A stretch of DNA of 64,000 nucleotides from the NCBI GenBank assembly GCA_965263295.1, contig OZ253665.1, positions 1,696,001 through 1,760,000 on the forward strand, read 5' to 3'. This stretch comes from Spirochaetia bacterium (GTDB lineage: Bacteria > Spirochaetota > Spirochaetia > SP-2023). The translations under genes were made by a program, and so were the position numbers. This document shows, piece after piece, positions 19,288-29,444 of the stretch; the first letter of the stretch is position 1, and each line of letters starts with the position of its first letter. The notes beneath the pieces are model-generated. The model did not search any database. It had not been told where the DNA came from and saw only the letters and a list, made by a program, of their open reading frames with translations.

Positions 19288-20754
19288 ATGCAAACGGCAG
19301 ACTCCAGCAACCCCAAGCACGGGGCGGCGCTACTGGCCAACTCCATGCGCATTGTCATAGCGGGAATGCGCAACACCGGCAAGTCGGCATTGATGAACCA
19401 GCTGCTGGGTCGCGAAGCCGCTATCGTTTCCAGGCGCGCCGGCGCCACGACCGACCCGGTCACCCGCAAGATGGAACTGGGGGGGCTAGGTGCCATTGCC
19501 CTGACCGACACCGCCGGACTCGACGATGACGAAGGCCTGACGGCCGCAACACCCGAAGATACAGAGGGTGACAACCGCGAAGAAGCGCTCGGCCACAAGC
19601 GGCGCCGGGCCAGCATGCAGCAAATCGCCGCGGCCGACCTGATCATCTTCCTTTCAAAAATCACCGAGGCCCCAAGTGCAGCCGAACGCCAACTGGCCAC
19701 GGAATTACAGGCCATGGCAGATAAACGCCAAAGCCATATACTCGCCGTCGCCAGTTTTGCCGCAGAGCAAAGCCAAGAGCAAAGCCAAGAGCAAAGCCAA
19801 GAGCAGAGCAAAAGGCAAAGCCAAGCGCAAGCCAAGCTGGAGAAGTTGGCCTTTCTGCACCAGATCAACGAACGACAGAAACTCAGAGGTACCCCCGGCC
19901 TGCAAGACTCAGCCGGCTTTGACGTGCGCTGCTGGGACAAAGATGGCGCCAGCTGGCTGCTGTGCATCGACAACCTTAGCGGCAGCGGCATTCGTGACCT
20001 GAGAGAATATATCATCGCCTTGCACAGCGACTTAGAAGCCGAGCCCAGCGTCCTGGACGGCCTGGTGCGAGAGGACGACTTTATTCTGTTGGTCGCGCCA
20101 GTCGACCTCGGAGCGCCCAAAGGGCGCCTGATACACCCCCAGGTGGAGACTATCCGCGACGGCCTGGACAAAGATTGCAGCGTAATGATCGTCAAGGAAC
20201 GCGAACTGTATCGCAGCTACTCGCGCTTTGCCCCCGAGCAGCGCCCTAAGCTAGTCATAACCGACTCTCAGGTCTTCGCCAAGGTCGCCGCCGATTTGCC
20301 CGAAGAACAGCCGCTAACCTCATTTTCCATCCTCTTTGCCCGCAAAAAGGGAGATTTAGAGCAAATGCTCCAGGGAGTCTTGACGCTGGAAAATTTACCG
20401 GACGAACCGAGAATACTAATGATGGAAGCCTGCTCACACCACCGCCAGGCCGACGACATTGGCAGCGTCAAAATCCCGCGTCTATTCCGGCAAGTCTTGC
20501 GCCCCAAGGCCGAATTTTTCTTTGAACGCAGCCTGCCTACCGCGCAAAAACTGGGTGAATACGACCTCGTCATCCACTGCGGAGGCTGCATGAGTAGTCG
20601 CCGCAAACTACTCAACCGCTTTAGCTGCATTGCCGAAGCGGGAGTGCCCATAGTCAATTATGGCCTTTTTCTCGGCTGGGCCAACGGGCTGCTGCCACGG
20701 GCTATCCAGCCCTTCCGCGACCTCTACCCCAAGTACCAAAACGAATCTTTCTAA
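19288..20754 (+). CDS. hydF: [FeFe]-hydrogenase H-cluster maturation GTPase
   Basis: GMRNTGKS, GATTDPV, DTAGLDD, APKGRLI.PQV, ITDSQVF, LTSFSILFAR.KG, EACSHH, HCGGCM. Confidence 0.9.
   Translation: MQTADSSNPKHGAALLANSMRIVIAGMRNTGKSALMNQLLGREAAIVSRRAGATTDPVTRKMELGGLGAIALTDTAGLDDDEGLTAATPEDTEGDNREEALGHKRRRASMQQIAAADLIIFLSKITEAPSAAERQLATELQAMADKRQSHILAVASFAAEQSQEQSQEQSQEQSKRQSQAQAKLEKLAFLHQINERQKLRGTPGLQDSAGFDVRCWDKDGASWLLCIDNLSGSGIRDLREYIIALHSDLEAEPSVLDGLVREDDFILLVAPVDLGAPKGRLIHPQVETIRDGLDKDCSVMIVKERELYRSYSRFAPEQRPKLVITDSQVFAKVAADLPEEQPLTSFSILFARKKGDLEQMLQGVLTLENLPDEPRILMMEACSHHRQADDIGSVKIPRLFRQVLRPKAEFFFERSLPTAQKLGEYDLVIHCGGCMSSRRKLLNRFSCIAEAGVPIVNYGLFLGWANGLLPRAIQPFRDLYPKYQNESF
19765..19812 (+). 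repeat. 12-bp in-frame tandem repeat (GAGCAAAGCCAA x3 plus a degenerate copy) encoding EQSQ repeats in hydF
   Basis: Directly visible in the sequence. Confidence 0.9.
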
Positions 20755-20784
20755 AGAATATGGCCGGCACTCTAAATGCCCGTT

Positions 20785-21891
20785 CTAAGTCATAGGCTGG
20801 CGGTCTGGCTGGATATCCAAACGCACCTCGCGCCCCGTCTGGGCAGATTCTTTAATCGCATCCAGAATGCGCTGGACCTGCAGGGACTGCTCCAACGTCA
20901 CGCCCAGCTCTTCTTCTCCACGCACGGCCCGAACAAAATTGACAAAGCGGTCACAATGCGGATAACGAATGGGCAGCCCGTCAAAACAAGATTCCTGCGT
21001 CACACCGCTCTTCAGCTCCACATTGACACTGCTGCGCAAAACCTTATCGAAAGTGAAGATCTTGGCCGGGTAGCACTGGGCTCCGGCCTCGCTGCCGTAA
21101 AAGTCAATATTGTGCACATCATCGTGCTCGGAATGCGAAGCCCAAGAGACATCCAAAGCCACCGTGGCGCCGCCCTGCAATTTGATCAGCGCACAAGATA
21201 AGTCATCGACATCAAAGGGAATATTCTCATCCTCGGACATGCCCCAGCCACCAAAACCCATACCCCGCTGCGCGAGTTTAGTGTAGCTTACTCCGCTGAC
21301 AGACTCAGCCGCGAAATTACCCATTATAAACATTGACAAATCGAGCATATGCACCCCTATGTCGAGGAGACAACCACCGCCGGCGAGTTCCCGCGAACCA
21401 AACCAGGTCCCCTTTTTCGGCGCCCCACTGCGGCGACGCCAGTACGCCTTGGCGTGGTACAGCTCGCCGAAATACCCCTGCTCGGCGAGGTACTTGATTT
21501 TCTGCGAATCCTCATTAAAACGCTGATTCTGGCCAATCATAAACTTCAAGTTCTTGCCCTTCAGGGCCTCAGACACTTGTCGCCCCTCAGCGAGATTCAT
21601 GGCCATCGGCTTTTCGCAAATCACATGCTTAGCTGCCGAGATAGCGGCCAATGACACCGGGACGTGGAACTTGTTCGGCAACGCAATATAGACCACTTCG
21701 ACATCTTTGTCGGCCAACAGTTCCTCAGCGCTGCCATAGACGCGCGCGATACCGTATTCGCGGGCGCGCTGCGCGGCCCGCTCACGGTGCCTGTCGGCAA
21801 TGGCGAGCACCTCGCAGATACCACTTTTCCGGAAACCTTCAATACCGCTGGGCACTATCATGCCGGCCCCAATAATTCCTGCTTTTATCAT
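20785..21891 (-). CDS. Gfo/Idh/MocA family oxidoreductase
   Basis: GIIGAG, PNKFH, CEKPMA, GGGCLLDIGVHMLD. Confidence 0.92.
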   Translation of the reverse strand: MIKAGIIGAGMIVPSGIEGFRKSGICEVLAIADRHRERAAQRAREYGIARVYGSAEELLADKDVEVVYIALPNKFHVPVSLAAISAAKHVICEKPMAMNLAEGRQVSEALKGKNLKFMIGQNQRFNEDSQKIKYLAEQGYFGELYHAKAYWRRRSGAPKKGTWFGSRELAGGGCLLDIGVHMLDLSMFIMGNFAAESVSGVSYTKLAQRGMGFGGWGMSEDENIPFDVDDLSCALIKLQGGATVALDVSWASHSEHDDVHNIDFYGSEAGAQCYPAKIFTFDKVLRSSVNVELKSGVTQESCFDGLPIRYPHCDRFVNFVRAVRGEEELGVTLEQSLQVQRILDAIKESAQTGREVRLDIQPDRQPMT

Positions 21892-21936
21892 CTCTTCACC
21901 ACCTAGCTTCTCCCCCGACTTAAAAAATCGAGCGTA

Positions 21937-22740
21937 TTAAGTAATTTGTCCCGCATATCTCTCGACCAGCGCAATGCCGCTGTCCGCAAAAGCATCCACG
22001 TCTTCGGGATTGTCATTCTCCAAGACAAACGTGCTGATTCCCAACTGTCGCGCACAGGCAAAAATGCCCGCGAAATCGACGATGCCTGCACCCATGCATG
22101 CCGGCTGGCCACCTTTTTGCGCCGCGGCGCTGACCACGACTTCCACGCCGTTGACCATTTGAGTGGCGACCGCAGCGGCGCCGTCCTTTTGCAAAATGTC
22201 TTTAATGTGCAGCATGGCGATGCGATCCCGCCACTGACGCAGCTTGGGCGGCACAGCGGCGCCGGCAGCTGTGACCCAGCCGACATCGAGCTGCCAGTAC
22301 AGATCGGGAGCCAATTCCAGCAAGTAATCCATACAGCACTTGCCGCCAAAATTTCGCGAAATTTCGTGGGCATGATTGTGATAATGCAAACGTAGCCCCA
22401 GCGCCTTCAGTTTCTCGGCCAGATCCTGCAAGTCGGCGGCAAGCTGTTTGACTTCAGCGAGCCCATCAGCCACGGCAAAGGGCATCACCAAGTCCCGCGT
22501 GCCACATTCGGGCAAAACAGTCGCCAGCTCGCGCCAGTTGCCCTGCAAAAATTCCAGTCCAAAGTGAAAAGACCGGGCCTGCAGGCCATGCTTTTTTAGG
22601 ACGGCCACCATCTCCCGCGGCTTGAGGTCGTAAAGGCCAGCGGGCTCGACATAGCACAGGCCCTTGGCCTTGCAAAATTCCAGGCTCTGTTCCAAATTCA
22701 TAAATTCGCGCAGCGAATATAACTGCAGACTCAAGGTCAT
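21937..22740 (-). CDS. Sugar phosphate isomerase/epimerase (xylose isomerase-like TIM barrel)
   Basis: LQLYSLRE, YHNHAHE, QLDVGW, LHIKD, G.G.VDF, END. Confidence 0.88.
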   Translation of the reverse strand: MTLSLQLYSLREFMNLEQSLEFCKAKGLCYVEPAGLYDLKPREMVAVLKKHGLQARSFHFGLEFLQGNWRELATVLPECGTRDLVMPFAVADGLAEVKQLAADLQDLAEKLKALGLRLHYHNHAHEISRNFGGKCCMDYLLELAPDLYWQLDVGWVTAAGAAVPPKLRQWRDRIAMLHIKDILQKDGAAAVATQMVNGVEVVVSAAAQKGGQPACMGAGIVDFAGIFACARQLGISTFVLENDNPEDVDAFADSGIALVERYAGQIT

Positions 22741-22780
22741 TGGGATTTCTCCTTTTATTTGTTATGCAAATATTTATGAC

Positions 22781-23881
22781 CTATTGAATCCGGCTTACAG
22801 GCAGCATGGCGCCCCGTTCTGACGCCGAGGCAAAGCAGGCATCGAGAACCCGCTGGATTTTTGCGCCACAGGCAAAATCGGGAGCTTCCGCCTGGCCCGT
22901 CTGAATGCTGCTCACAAAGCGCTGAAAATTGCTCGGCGTCTGCGGGCAATGCACGGTGTACCAATGAGCCCGGTCTTTATTTTCGTCATCACAGAGCTGC
23001 AAAATATTCCAGCTTTGATCCAGGTCAATCTCAATGGCTCCTTTCGTGCCATAGATGCCCAGGTACAAAGAGTTGACGCGGCCAGTCGCCCAACGGCTGA
23101 CATGAATACTGCCCAAGGCCCCACACGCAAACTGGGCCTGGATCAACGCCGAATCGTTGGCATCCAGCGAGTATTCGCCGAGTTGCCGACCTTTAATTTC
23201 TTCAAACGTCTTGAGCGTGCAGCCAAGCGCGGCAAAGCCTCCCTCGCTTCCCTCGCCCACCTCGCACAACGGATAGCTGGCAAAATCCAGAATGTGGACG
23301 CCAATGTCGCCGAGCACACCCCGGCTGCCATGCCGGGCAGACAGACGCCAGAGCCAGGTCGGACTGCTACGCCAGTCGCCCCAGACTTTGGAGCTGAGCC
23401 AGCTCTGCAAGTATTTGGCCTCGACATGCACCACTTCCCCGATCTCGCCGCCACTGACAATCTCGCGCGCGTACTGAATGCAGGGGGCATTGCGATAAGT
23501 CAGATTGACCATGTTGCGCAGCCCCGATTCTTGCGCCGCAGCAAGCATGCGCTTCGCCTCGCCGTAGTTCACGGCCAGCGGTTTCTCGCAAAGCACGTGC
23601 TTGCCCGCCTGCAATGCCGCAATGTTGAGCTCGGCGTGCGATGAATCTGGCGTCACGACGCTCACCGCGTCAAGCTCTGGATCGGCGAGCATGGCCTGGG
23701 CATCGCGGTAACAATCTCGTATGCCAAACTTGGCGCCAAACTCTCTCAACTCCCGATCGCGCAAATCACAGGCCGCCCACAATTCACAGCCGGGCATATC
23801 GGCGTAAGCCTGGGCGTGGGCGTGGGCCATCTCACCCGTACCGATGATCCCCAGGCGCAAAGTCGCGGCGGCACCCGACAT
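22781..23881 (-). CDS. Gfo/Idh/MocA family oxidoreductase (ThuB-like)
   Basis: LGIIGTG, CEKPLA, GVLGDIGVHILD; ATG at 23881 overlaps the thuA TGA, so the track start at 24142 is an over-extension. Confidence 0.88.
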   Translation of the reverse strand: MSGAAATLRLGIIGTGEMAHAHAQAYADMPGCELWAACDLRDRELREFGAKFGIRDCYRDAQAMLADPELDAVSVVTPDSSHAELNIAALQAGKHVLCEKPLAVNYGEAKRMLAAAQESGLRNMVNLTYRNAPCIQYAREIVSGGEIGEVVHVEAKYLQSWLSSKVWGDWRSSPTWLWRLSARHGSRGVLGDIGVHILDFASYPLCEVGEGSEGGFAALGCTLKTFEEIKGRQLGEYSLDANDSALIQAQFACGALGSIHVSRWATGRVNSLYLGIYGTKGAIEIDLDQSWNILQLCDDENKDRAHWYTVHCPQTPSNFQRFVSSIQTGQAEAPDFACGAKIQRVLDACFASASERGAMLPVSRIQ

Positions 23882-24657
23882 CAGCGCAGCCCTTTTTCGT
23901 CTCTGTGCGTATAACCCGCAATAGGAATAACCGGGGCCCCGTTCGGGGCCGCTTCGACATCTTTCCAGGCGGCATTGCCGTGCAACGGAGCCACATGGCG
24001 GACGGCGTTGACAATAACTTTCTGAATCACGGGCTGATGGTAGGTCGGGTGCGTCTCGTGGCCAGGCTGAAAATAGAAAATCCGCCCGGCCCCACGGCGA
24101 TAAACCAGCCCCGAACGGAAGACGTTGCCGCCGGCAAACCAACCCATGAAGACAGTTTCCTCGGCCTCGGGAACGACAAATGGCTCACCATACATTTCTT
24201 CTTTTTCCAGAATAAAATGCGCCGGGATGCCCTCGGCGATCGGATGACTGGGGTTGACTGTCCAGATAACTTCTGTTTCATCCGCCTCGCGCCACTGCAG
24301 AGCACAGCTCGTGCCCAGCATCGAGCGAAAAATCTTGGAAAAATGGCCCGAATGCAGCACGATCAGGCCCATGCCCTGCAGTACACGTTCGCGCACGCGG
24401 GCCACCACCTCGTCATCGACTTGACCGTGGGCGGCGTGCCCCCACCACAGCAGCACGTCACAAGTTTCCAAGCGCGACTTCGGCAAGCCGTGCTCCGTTT
24501 CCTGCAAGGTCGCCGTTTCGGCCTGAATGCCGTCTTCCCGGTTGAGAAAATCGGCCACACAGGCGTGAATGCCCTGGGGATAAATGTCGCGGACTTCTTG
24601 TTTTTCCCGCTCGTGGACAAATTCGTTCCAGGCAATAACATTGATTTTTCTTGGCAT
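23881..24657 (-). CDS. thuA: Trehalose utilization protein ThuA
   Basis: WNEFVHE, YPQGIH, EHGL, DVLLWWGHAAH, GLIVLHSGHFSKIF, EEMYGE, YFQPGHET. Confidence 0.9.
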   Translation of the reverse strand: MPRKINVIAWNEFVHEREKQEVRDIYPQGIHACVADFLNREDGIQAETATLQETEHGLPKSRLETCDVLLWWGHAAHGQVDDEVVARVRERVLQGMGLIVLHSGHFSKIFRSMLGTSCALQWREADETEVIWTVNPSHPIAEGIPAHFILEKEEMYGEPFVVPEAEETVFMGWFAGGNVFRSGLVYRRGAGRIFYFQPGHETHPTYHQPVIQKVIVNAVRHVAPLHGNAAWKDVEAAPNGAPVIPIAGYTHRDEKGLR

Positions 24658-24982
24658 ACAGTTAATCCCCTATAATCATCAGGTTGTTCATCTCGTCTTG
24701 TGTTCCTAAAACACGACAGGCCCACAAATTCTCATTTTTCCCCGGCAGACAAAAGTTAAACAGATTGTGCTGCTGGCTACATTCGCAGTCTGATCAAATT
24801 AAGACCTTTACGCCGCTTTCATTTCTTTTAATTACAAATCTAAAGTCTTCAGCCCCTCAGGCACAAAACAACAAAGGTTTTAATCTCTGATCGACCGATT
24901 CAAACCTAAGACAGTATACAAAAAACCAAATCGATTTCCAACATTAAAGCCTGAGATTCTCCCGCCATTTGTCAAGAAAAAA

Positions 24983-27925
24983 CTACAAATTGTCCGCAGC
25001 ATAATTTCGGATGCACTGCTGCAGGCTGGCAAAGTCGCCCCGTACAATTTTTGCTGGCGGCAGGGAGGCCAAAAAATCCTGACCGTAGCGCTTACTCACA
25101 ATGCGCGGATCCAAAACAATGACCAGGCCGCGATCGGACGCGCGGCGCATCAAGCGCCCAAAACCCTGACGAAAACGCAATACAGCCTCAGGCAAACTAT
25201 AACTGAAAAATGCATTTTCGCCGCGCTGCTCAAGGTATTCCGTGCGGGCGGCCACAATCGGGTCTTCAGGTGTCCGAAAAGGCAAACGACAGATGAGAAC
25301 TTGCATCAAGGTTGCACCCGCGGCATCCACCCCCTCCCAGAAAGAATCCGTGGCCAGGAGGCTTGCGGATTCTTGTTGCTTAAAGCGTTGCAACAGCCGG
25401 ACGCTGTCATCTTCGCCCTGACGCAACAGATTCATTTCGCCACTGTCGAGCAAAAATTCGTAGCACTTGTTCAGGGAGGCATACGAGGTAAACAGCAACA
25501 GACTGCGCCCCGCCATGCTCTCGATAGCCTGGCGGGCAAAGCGCGCCACATAGGCGTCAAAATCCCGCCCAAAACTGGGGTTGGGAGCATCGCTCGCGAG
25601 CAGCAGCTGGACCCGCCCGCGGTAGTCAAATGGCGAGGCGTAAACGGCTGCGCTGAGCCGCGCACTCTCAAGCCGCAAGGTTTGTCCTGGCTGCCCTGGC
25701 TGCCCTGGCTGCCCTGCCTGCTTTAGGAAAGTCCCCGCACAATCCTCTTCCCCGACAGGCCAAATCGTCCTATTTTCGGCAACCCGTTGCGACTCATCGG
25801 CCTGTTCTCGATGTTCTTGAGTCTGTTTCTGCAGTTCGCCCAAGCCCACGCGCGAGAACCAGTAGTCAAAGCGCCCACGTACCATCAAGGTCGCCGAAAC
25901 CATGACAACTGTGCGCATGGGTTCATATAAAACCCCTTGCAAGAGGCCGCCGATGTCGACCTGAGTCGAAATCAAACGCTGGTAAAACAGCTCTTCGCCG
26001 CGGCCTCCTCGGCGGCACTTTTCCAACCAGAAGACGCGCTCAATCTCCTCCCCGTTTTTGACCTCAAGCTCATCGGACAGTTCCTTGCCAAAAGCTTGCG
26101 GGCATGCCCCCTGCCGCAATCGCCATTGTAACCACTGCAAAACCACCGCACGCAGAGCCTCAAAACGCCGCGAAATCTGTCGCCACTCCAGCAGCAACCG
26201 CTCCTCCTCCCCTTCTAGCGCGTCCTCCAGCAATTCATATATCCGGTGCTGGGCCCGCAGCAAGTTCGTCAATGCCGCGCGCAAGCGGCAAAGCTGCGGC
26301 CATAATTGCTCATCCAGAGCCCGGCGCACCGCAGCTGGCAGGCGGCCGAGATCCTCGGGCAGGCGCAAATTTCCCGGCGAGTTTTCGGGCCGGCCGGCGG
26401 CCTCCAATACCTTGGCAGCCGCAGCATCCAGCGCACAAAAAGCCTGTTCGACAGCGGCGGCGCAAGCCAGAATATCGGGCAACTCCTCCGTTTGCTCTAT
26501 CGCTTGCCCCTCTGCTTCTTTCCGCGCTTCTCCCTTTGCTTCCCGCACGGCCAATTCCGCATGGCGGCGCAGCTGGGCCCAGATGCCCCGCTCTCGCTCC
26601 CGACGCTTAAAGTAGAGACGCCGCAGGCTGCGTTGGGCACTGAACTGGCTCAAATTCTGCGAGAAAAACGACTGGGCGCTGCGCTCCATATTGTGAGCCT
26701 CATCCAAAATCACGTGATGGTAGGGCGGCAATACCGCCGTTTTTTCGTAGCCGAACTCACCGCTGCCGCGCAGTCCCAGGTCAGCGAACAGCAGGTGGTG
26801 GTTGACGACCAGGATATGCGCCGCCGCCGCACGGCGGCGCGCGCGGATAATAAAACAACTCTCGTGAAATTCGCAACGCAGTCCCAGGCAATTATCACTC
26901 TCGCCACAGACCAGACTCCACACAAACCTTTGTGGCCGAAAATTCAAGTCACTCAAGGAACCGTCTTTTGTCACCGCCACCCATTGCGCAATGCTTGCCA
27001 GCTCGGCAGCAAAGTCCTGGACTTCCCCGCTTTCAGGAGCCAGTTCAGACCTGTCAGCCAAGCCGAGATTCCCCGCCTCTTCTGCTTCGGCCTGCTTGAG
27101 GCGCCTGCGGCACACATAATTACTGCGGCCCTTGACCAGCTCAGCCCGCAAGCCGTCAAGACCGCTAATCTCGCGAATCAGCGGAATGTCTTTCTCAATC
27201 AATTGTTGTTGCAGGTTAATAGTCGCAGTGGAAACCACTACTCGCTGCTTGTTGTGCACCGCCCAAAAAGCAGCGGGAAGCAAATAGGCAAAAGATTTAC
27301 CAATTCCGGTGCCGCCTTCGGCGGCCACAATTTTGCTATCGTTAAAACCGTTGCCCACCAGACGCAGCAATTGCTGTTGTGCCTGGCGATCTTCGTATTC
27401 GCCGTCATCGCGGCGAGCCTTGTGGGCCCAAGGCCCCTGTGAGTGAGCTAATGGCCCCTGCGGGCCCAGCAAATCAGACAATCTGTCCAGTTCCAGTGGC
27501 TGCTCTTGCATTTCAAGCACTGGCCGGGCCACCACACAGACCCTCTCCAAACAATTGTCGACGAGACAAAAACCAATGCCCCGCGCAGCCAATTCGTCGG
27601 CTAGCTGCCGATCGACCGCAGCGGGCCGCACTGGCCCCGCAGGACAATTGCGCAATACCAAATCGCCGCATTCCATGTCGGGAAAATTTGCCAAAATTCT
27701 ATCCACAGCGCCGCAAGCAGCGGCCTCCACAAAGTCGATTTGCAATTCGGGCTCCGCAAGGCCAGGTTCCCGATATTTCCCTCCCTCCGGCTCCGCTGTG
27801 CGCAACTTAGCCCACCAAAAGGTCTCCTTGCCCCCGTTAGCGGCAATATCTTCAAGCATTTGCGCGCGAACAGCAGGGCCAAGAAGAACTTTTATATCAT
27901 TGAAGGCCGGTCGAAGAACACTCAC
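24983..27925 (-). CDS. dinG: DinG/YoaA-family ATP-dependent helicase with N-terminal degenerate JAB-like domain
   Basis: EGGTGIGKSFAYL, KGRSNYVC, FeS Cys cluster, NHHLL, DEAH, SATL, SFWEGVD, QGFGRL.R; start uncertain. Confidence 0.88.
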   Translation of the reverse strand: MSVLRPAFNDIKVLLGPAVRAQMLEDIAANGGKETFWWAKLRTAEPEGGKYREPGLAEPELQIDFVEAAACGAVDRILANFPDMECGDLVLRNCPAGPVRPAAVDRQLADELAARGIGFCLVDNCLERVCVVARPVLEMQEQPLELDRLSDLLGPQGPLAHSQGPWAHKARRDDGEYEDRQAQQQLLRLVGNGFNDSKIVAAEGGTGIGKSFAYLLPAAFWAVHNKQRVVVSTATINLQQQLIEKDIPLIREISGLDGLRAELVKGRSNYVCRRRLKQAEAEEAGNLGLADRSELAPESGEVQDFAAELASIAQWVAVTKDGSLSDLNFRPQRFVWSLVCGESDNCLGLRCEFHESCFIIRARRRAAAAHILVVNHHLLFADLGLRGSGEFGYEKTAVLPPYHHVILDEAHNMERSAQSFFSQNLSQFSAQRSLRRLYFKRRERERGIWAQLRRHAELAVREAKGEARKEAEGQAIEQTEELPDILACAAAVEQAFCALDAAAAKVLEAAGRPENSPGNLRLPEDLGRLPAAVRRALDEQLWPQLCRLRAALTNLLRAQHRIYELLEDALEGEEERLLLEWRQISRRFEALRAVVLQWLQWRLRQGACPQAFGKELSDELEVKNGEEIERVFWLEKCRRGGRGEELFYQRLISTQVDIGGLLQGVLYEPMRTVVMVSATLMVRGRFDYWFSRVGLGELQKQTQEHREQADESQRVAENRTIWPVGEEDCAGTFLKQAGQPGQPGQPGQTLRLESARLSAAVYASPFDYRGRVQLLLASDAPNPSFGRDFDAYVARFARQAIESMAGRSLLLFTSYASLNKCYEFLLDSGEMNLLRQGEDDSVRLLQRFKQQESASLLATDSFWEGVDAAGATLMQVLICRLPFRTPEDPIVAARTEYLEQRGENAFFSYSLPEAVLRFRQGFGRLMRRASDRGLVIVLDPRIVSKRYGQDFLASLPPAKIVRGDFASLQQCIRNYAADNL

Positions 27926-27967
27926 TTTGAGCTCCCGCTCTGCACAAATGGATTACAAGCTTTTAGG

Positions 27968-29005
27968 CTAACGCAAGTATTCAAATTCGTAAGGGGCCGA
28001 AAAATGCAAAATATTTTCGATATACTGCAGAAAAGATTTACTGGCGAAGTCCCCAACTAGTTCAGCAAACTTTTCGAGGTCTAAATAATATCGGACACCG
28101 TTACGCTCCTGTTTCAAGTAGGGAAAATATGCCTCGTCGAAGTCATCGCAATCTTCAAAAGTTAATGTAATTGTTCCAGGAAAATTCGATACATAACGCC
28201 AAAATTGCAGGTTCATATTCTGAACCCAACAATTTTTAAACACCAGGTTCAAATACAAAATCTTACCGCAGCCTTTGTTACATTCCGCATTCAGATGGGA
28301 TACCAAGCCAGGGTAGAACAAGTCAATATTGGTGCCACGCAAGTTTGTATCAGCGAAAATAAAGGTACTGTTATCCAATGTAACAGGGTGAGCCGGACTG
28401 AAAAACTTCCCCTTCTCCCGTTCACCCTTGGCCACCATCTTGGGATCTGTCCGAAAGTATAAACCTATCCAGTGGTCATTGAGGGCATACATCTGGCGCG
28501 ATCTCTCTTCATCTCTAAGGCGGTATTTAAAATCGCGGGACGTGCCAGCTTCGACAATGGTGCTGGCCCGAATCTCTACCGGAATCAGCAGGATGCGCTG
28601 TTCCTCCAGATAACGGACAATGCGGCTGGGGACCGTAACGGCCAAACGCTCGTCATTGCCCGCGCCAAAATTTTCGGGTAACCCTTCACCCAACTTCTCA
28701 CGGGCGAGCTTCTGGTTATATAATTTTTCTTCCTCATTGAAACTCCGCCAACTCTCCAAAGTCCCGTAGATGGTCTGGATGGCACTGAGAGTCTCGCGAA
28801 TGGCGGCATGAATGCGCAAATCGTTGGGGTTGTGTTGTCGAGCATAGCCCAACGCGCGAATGTAAGCCAGTGTCTCATCATTGATCAGACCTTCAGCCAG
28901 AGCTTTACGGATGGACTCTTTTAACAGGATTCTACTTTTTAACTTGTCCGACCTGATATTTTCAGTGACGCGAGGCCTTCTGGAATCTGGCGAGAAATTA
29001 TTCAT
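27968..29005 (-). CDS. Hypothetical protein
   Basis: 345-aa ORF with protein-like composition, co-oriented upstream of dinG; no motif recognised. Confidence 0.7.
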   Translation of the reverse strand: MNNFSPDSRRPRVTENIRSDKLKSRILLKESIRKALAEGLINDETLAYIRALGYARQHNPNDLRIHAAIRETLSAIQTIYGTLESWRSFNEEEKLYNQKLAREKLGEGLPENFGAGNDERLAVTVPSRIVRYLEEQRILLIPVEIRASTIVEAGTSRDFKYRLRDEERSRQMYALNDHWIGLYFRTDPKMVAKGEREKGKFFSPAHPVTLDNSTFIFADTNLRGTNIDLFYPGLVSHLNAECNKGCGKILYLNLVFKNCWVQNMNLQFWRYVSNFPGTITLTFEDCDDFDEAYFPYLKQERNGVRYYLDLEKFAELVGDFASKSFLQYIENILHFSAPYEFEYLR

Positions 29006-29444
29006 AACAATTTTGTCTTCCCATATCTTATTCTACTAAATTTTGCGCAATTTTCTATCGCGGCATGAGTCCAAATTAATAAAAATTTGGCGCGGTTACT
29101 TGGCTGATTTTCTCTAAGGTGCAAAAACAGAGGTCACGGCGAGTCTCCCTGTTCTTCTCGTGCCAAACCCCATGGACTTTTGATCTCCATGGCCTTGCCG
29201 GACCAGCACACCCAATTTCATGGCCCCGCAATATCATCAAATGGAGGACGGGCCCTGCCTTGAGCCGCGGCGTAATTCAAAATAACAATATCCAGCTACG
29301 CCTAATAAATTTAGGCCCAAATATTAGATTGGAATCGAGACTCCTGAAAAATTGCTTGACGATCCGTCTGGGTTTGCATAATTTCGCATGGCAGAATATT
29401 GTAAATATAAAAATAACCATGCAAAACACATAAGGAGTCTGGAT

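Noticed and set aside
26306..27442. 378-aa plus-strand ORF (and similar long ORFs opposite hydF, thuA and dnaK)
   Set aside because: Antisense shadows of well-supported genes
29095..29105. GGTTACTTGGC, matching the repeat core in reverse
   Set aside because: Isolated 11-bp match without the flanking arms; plausibly chance
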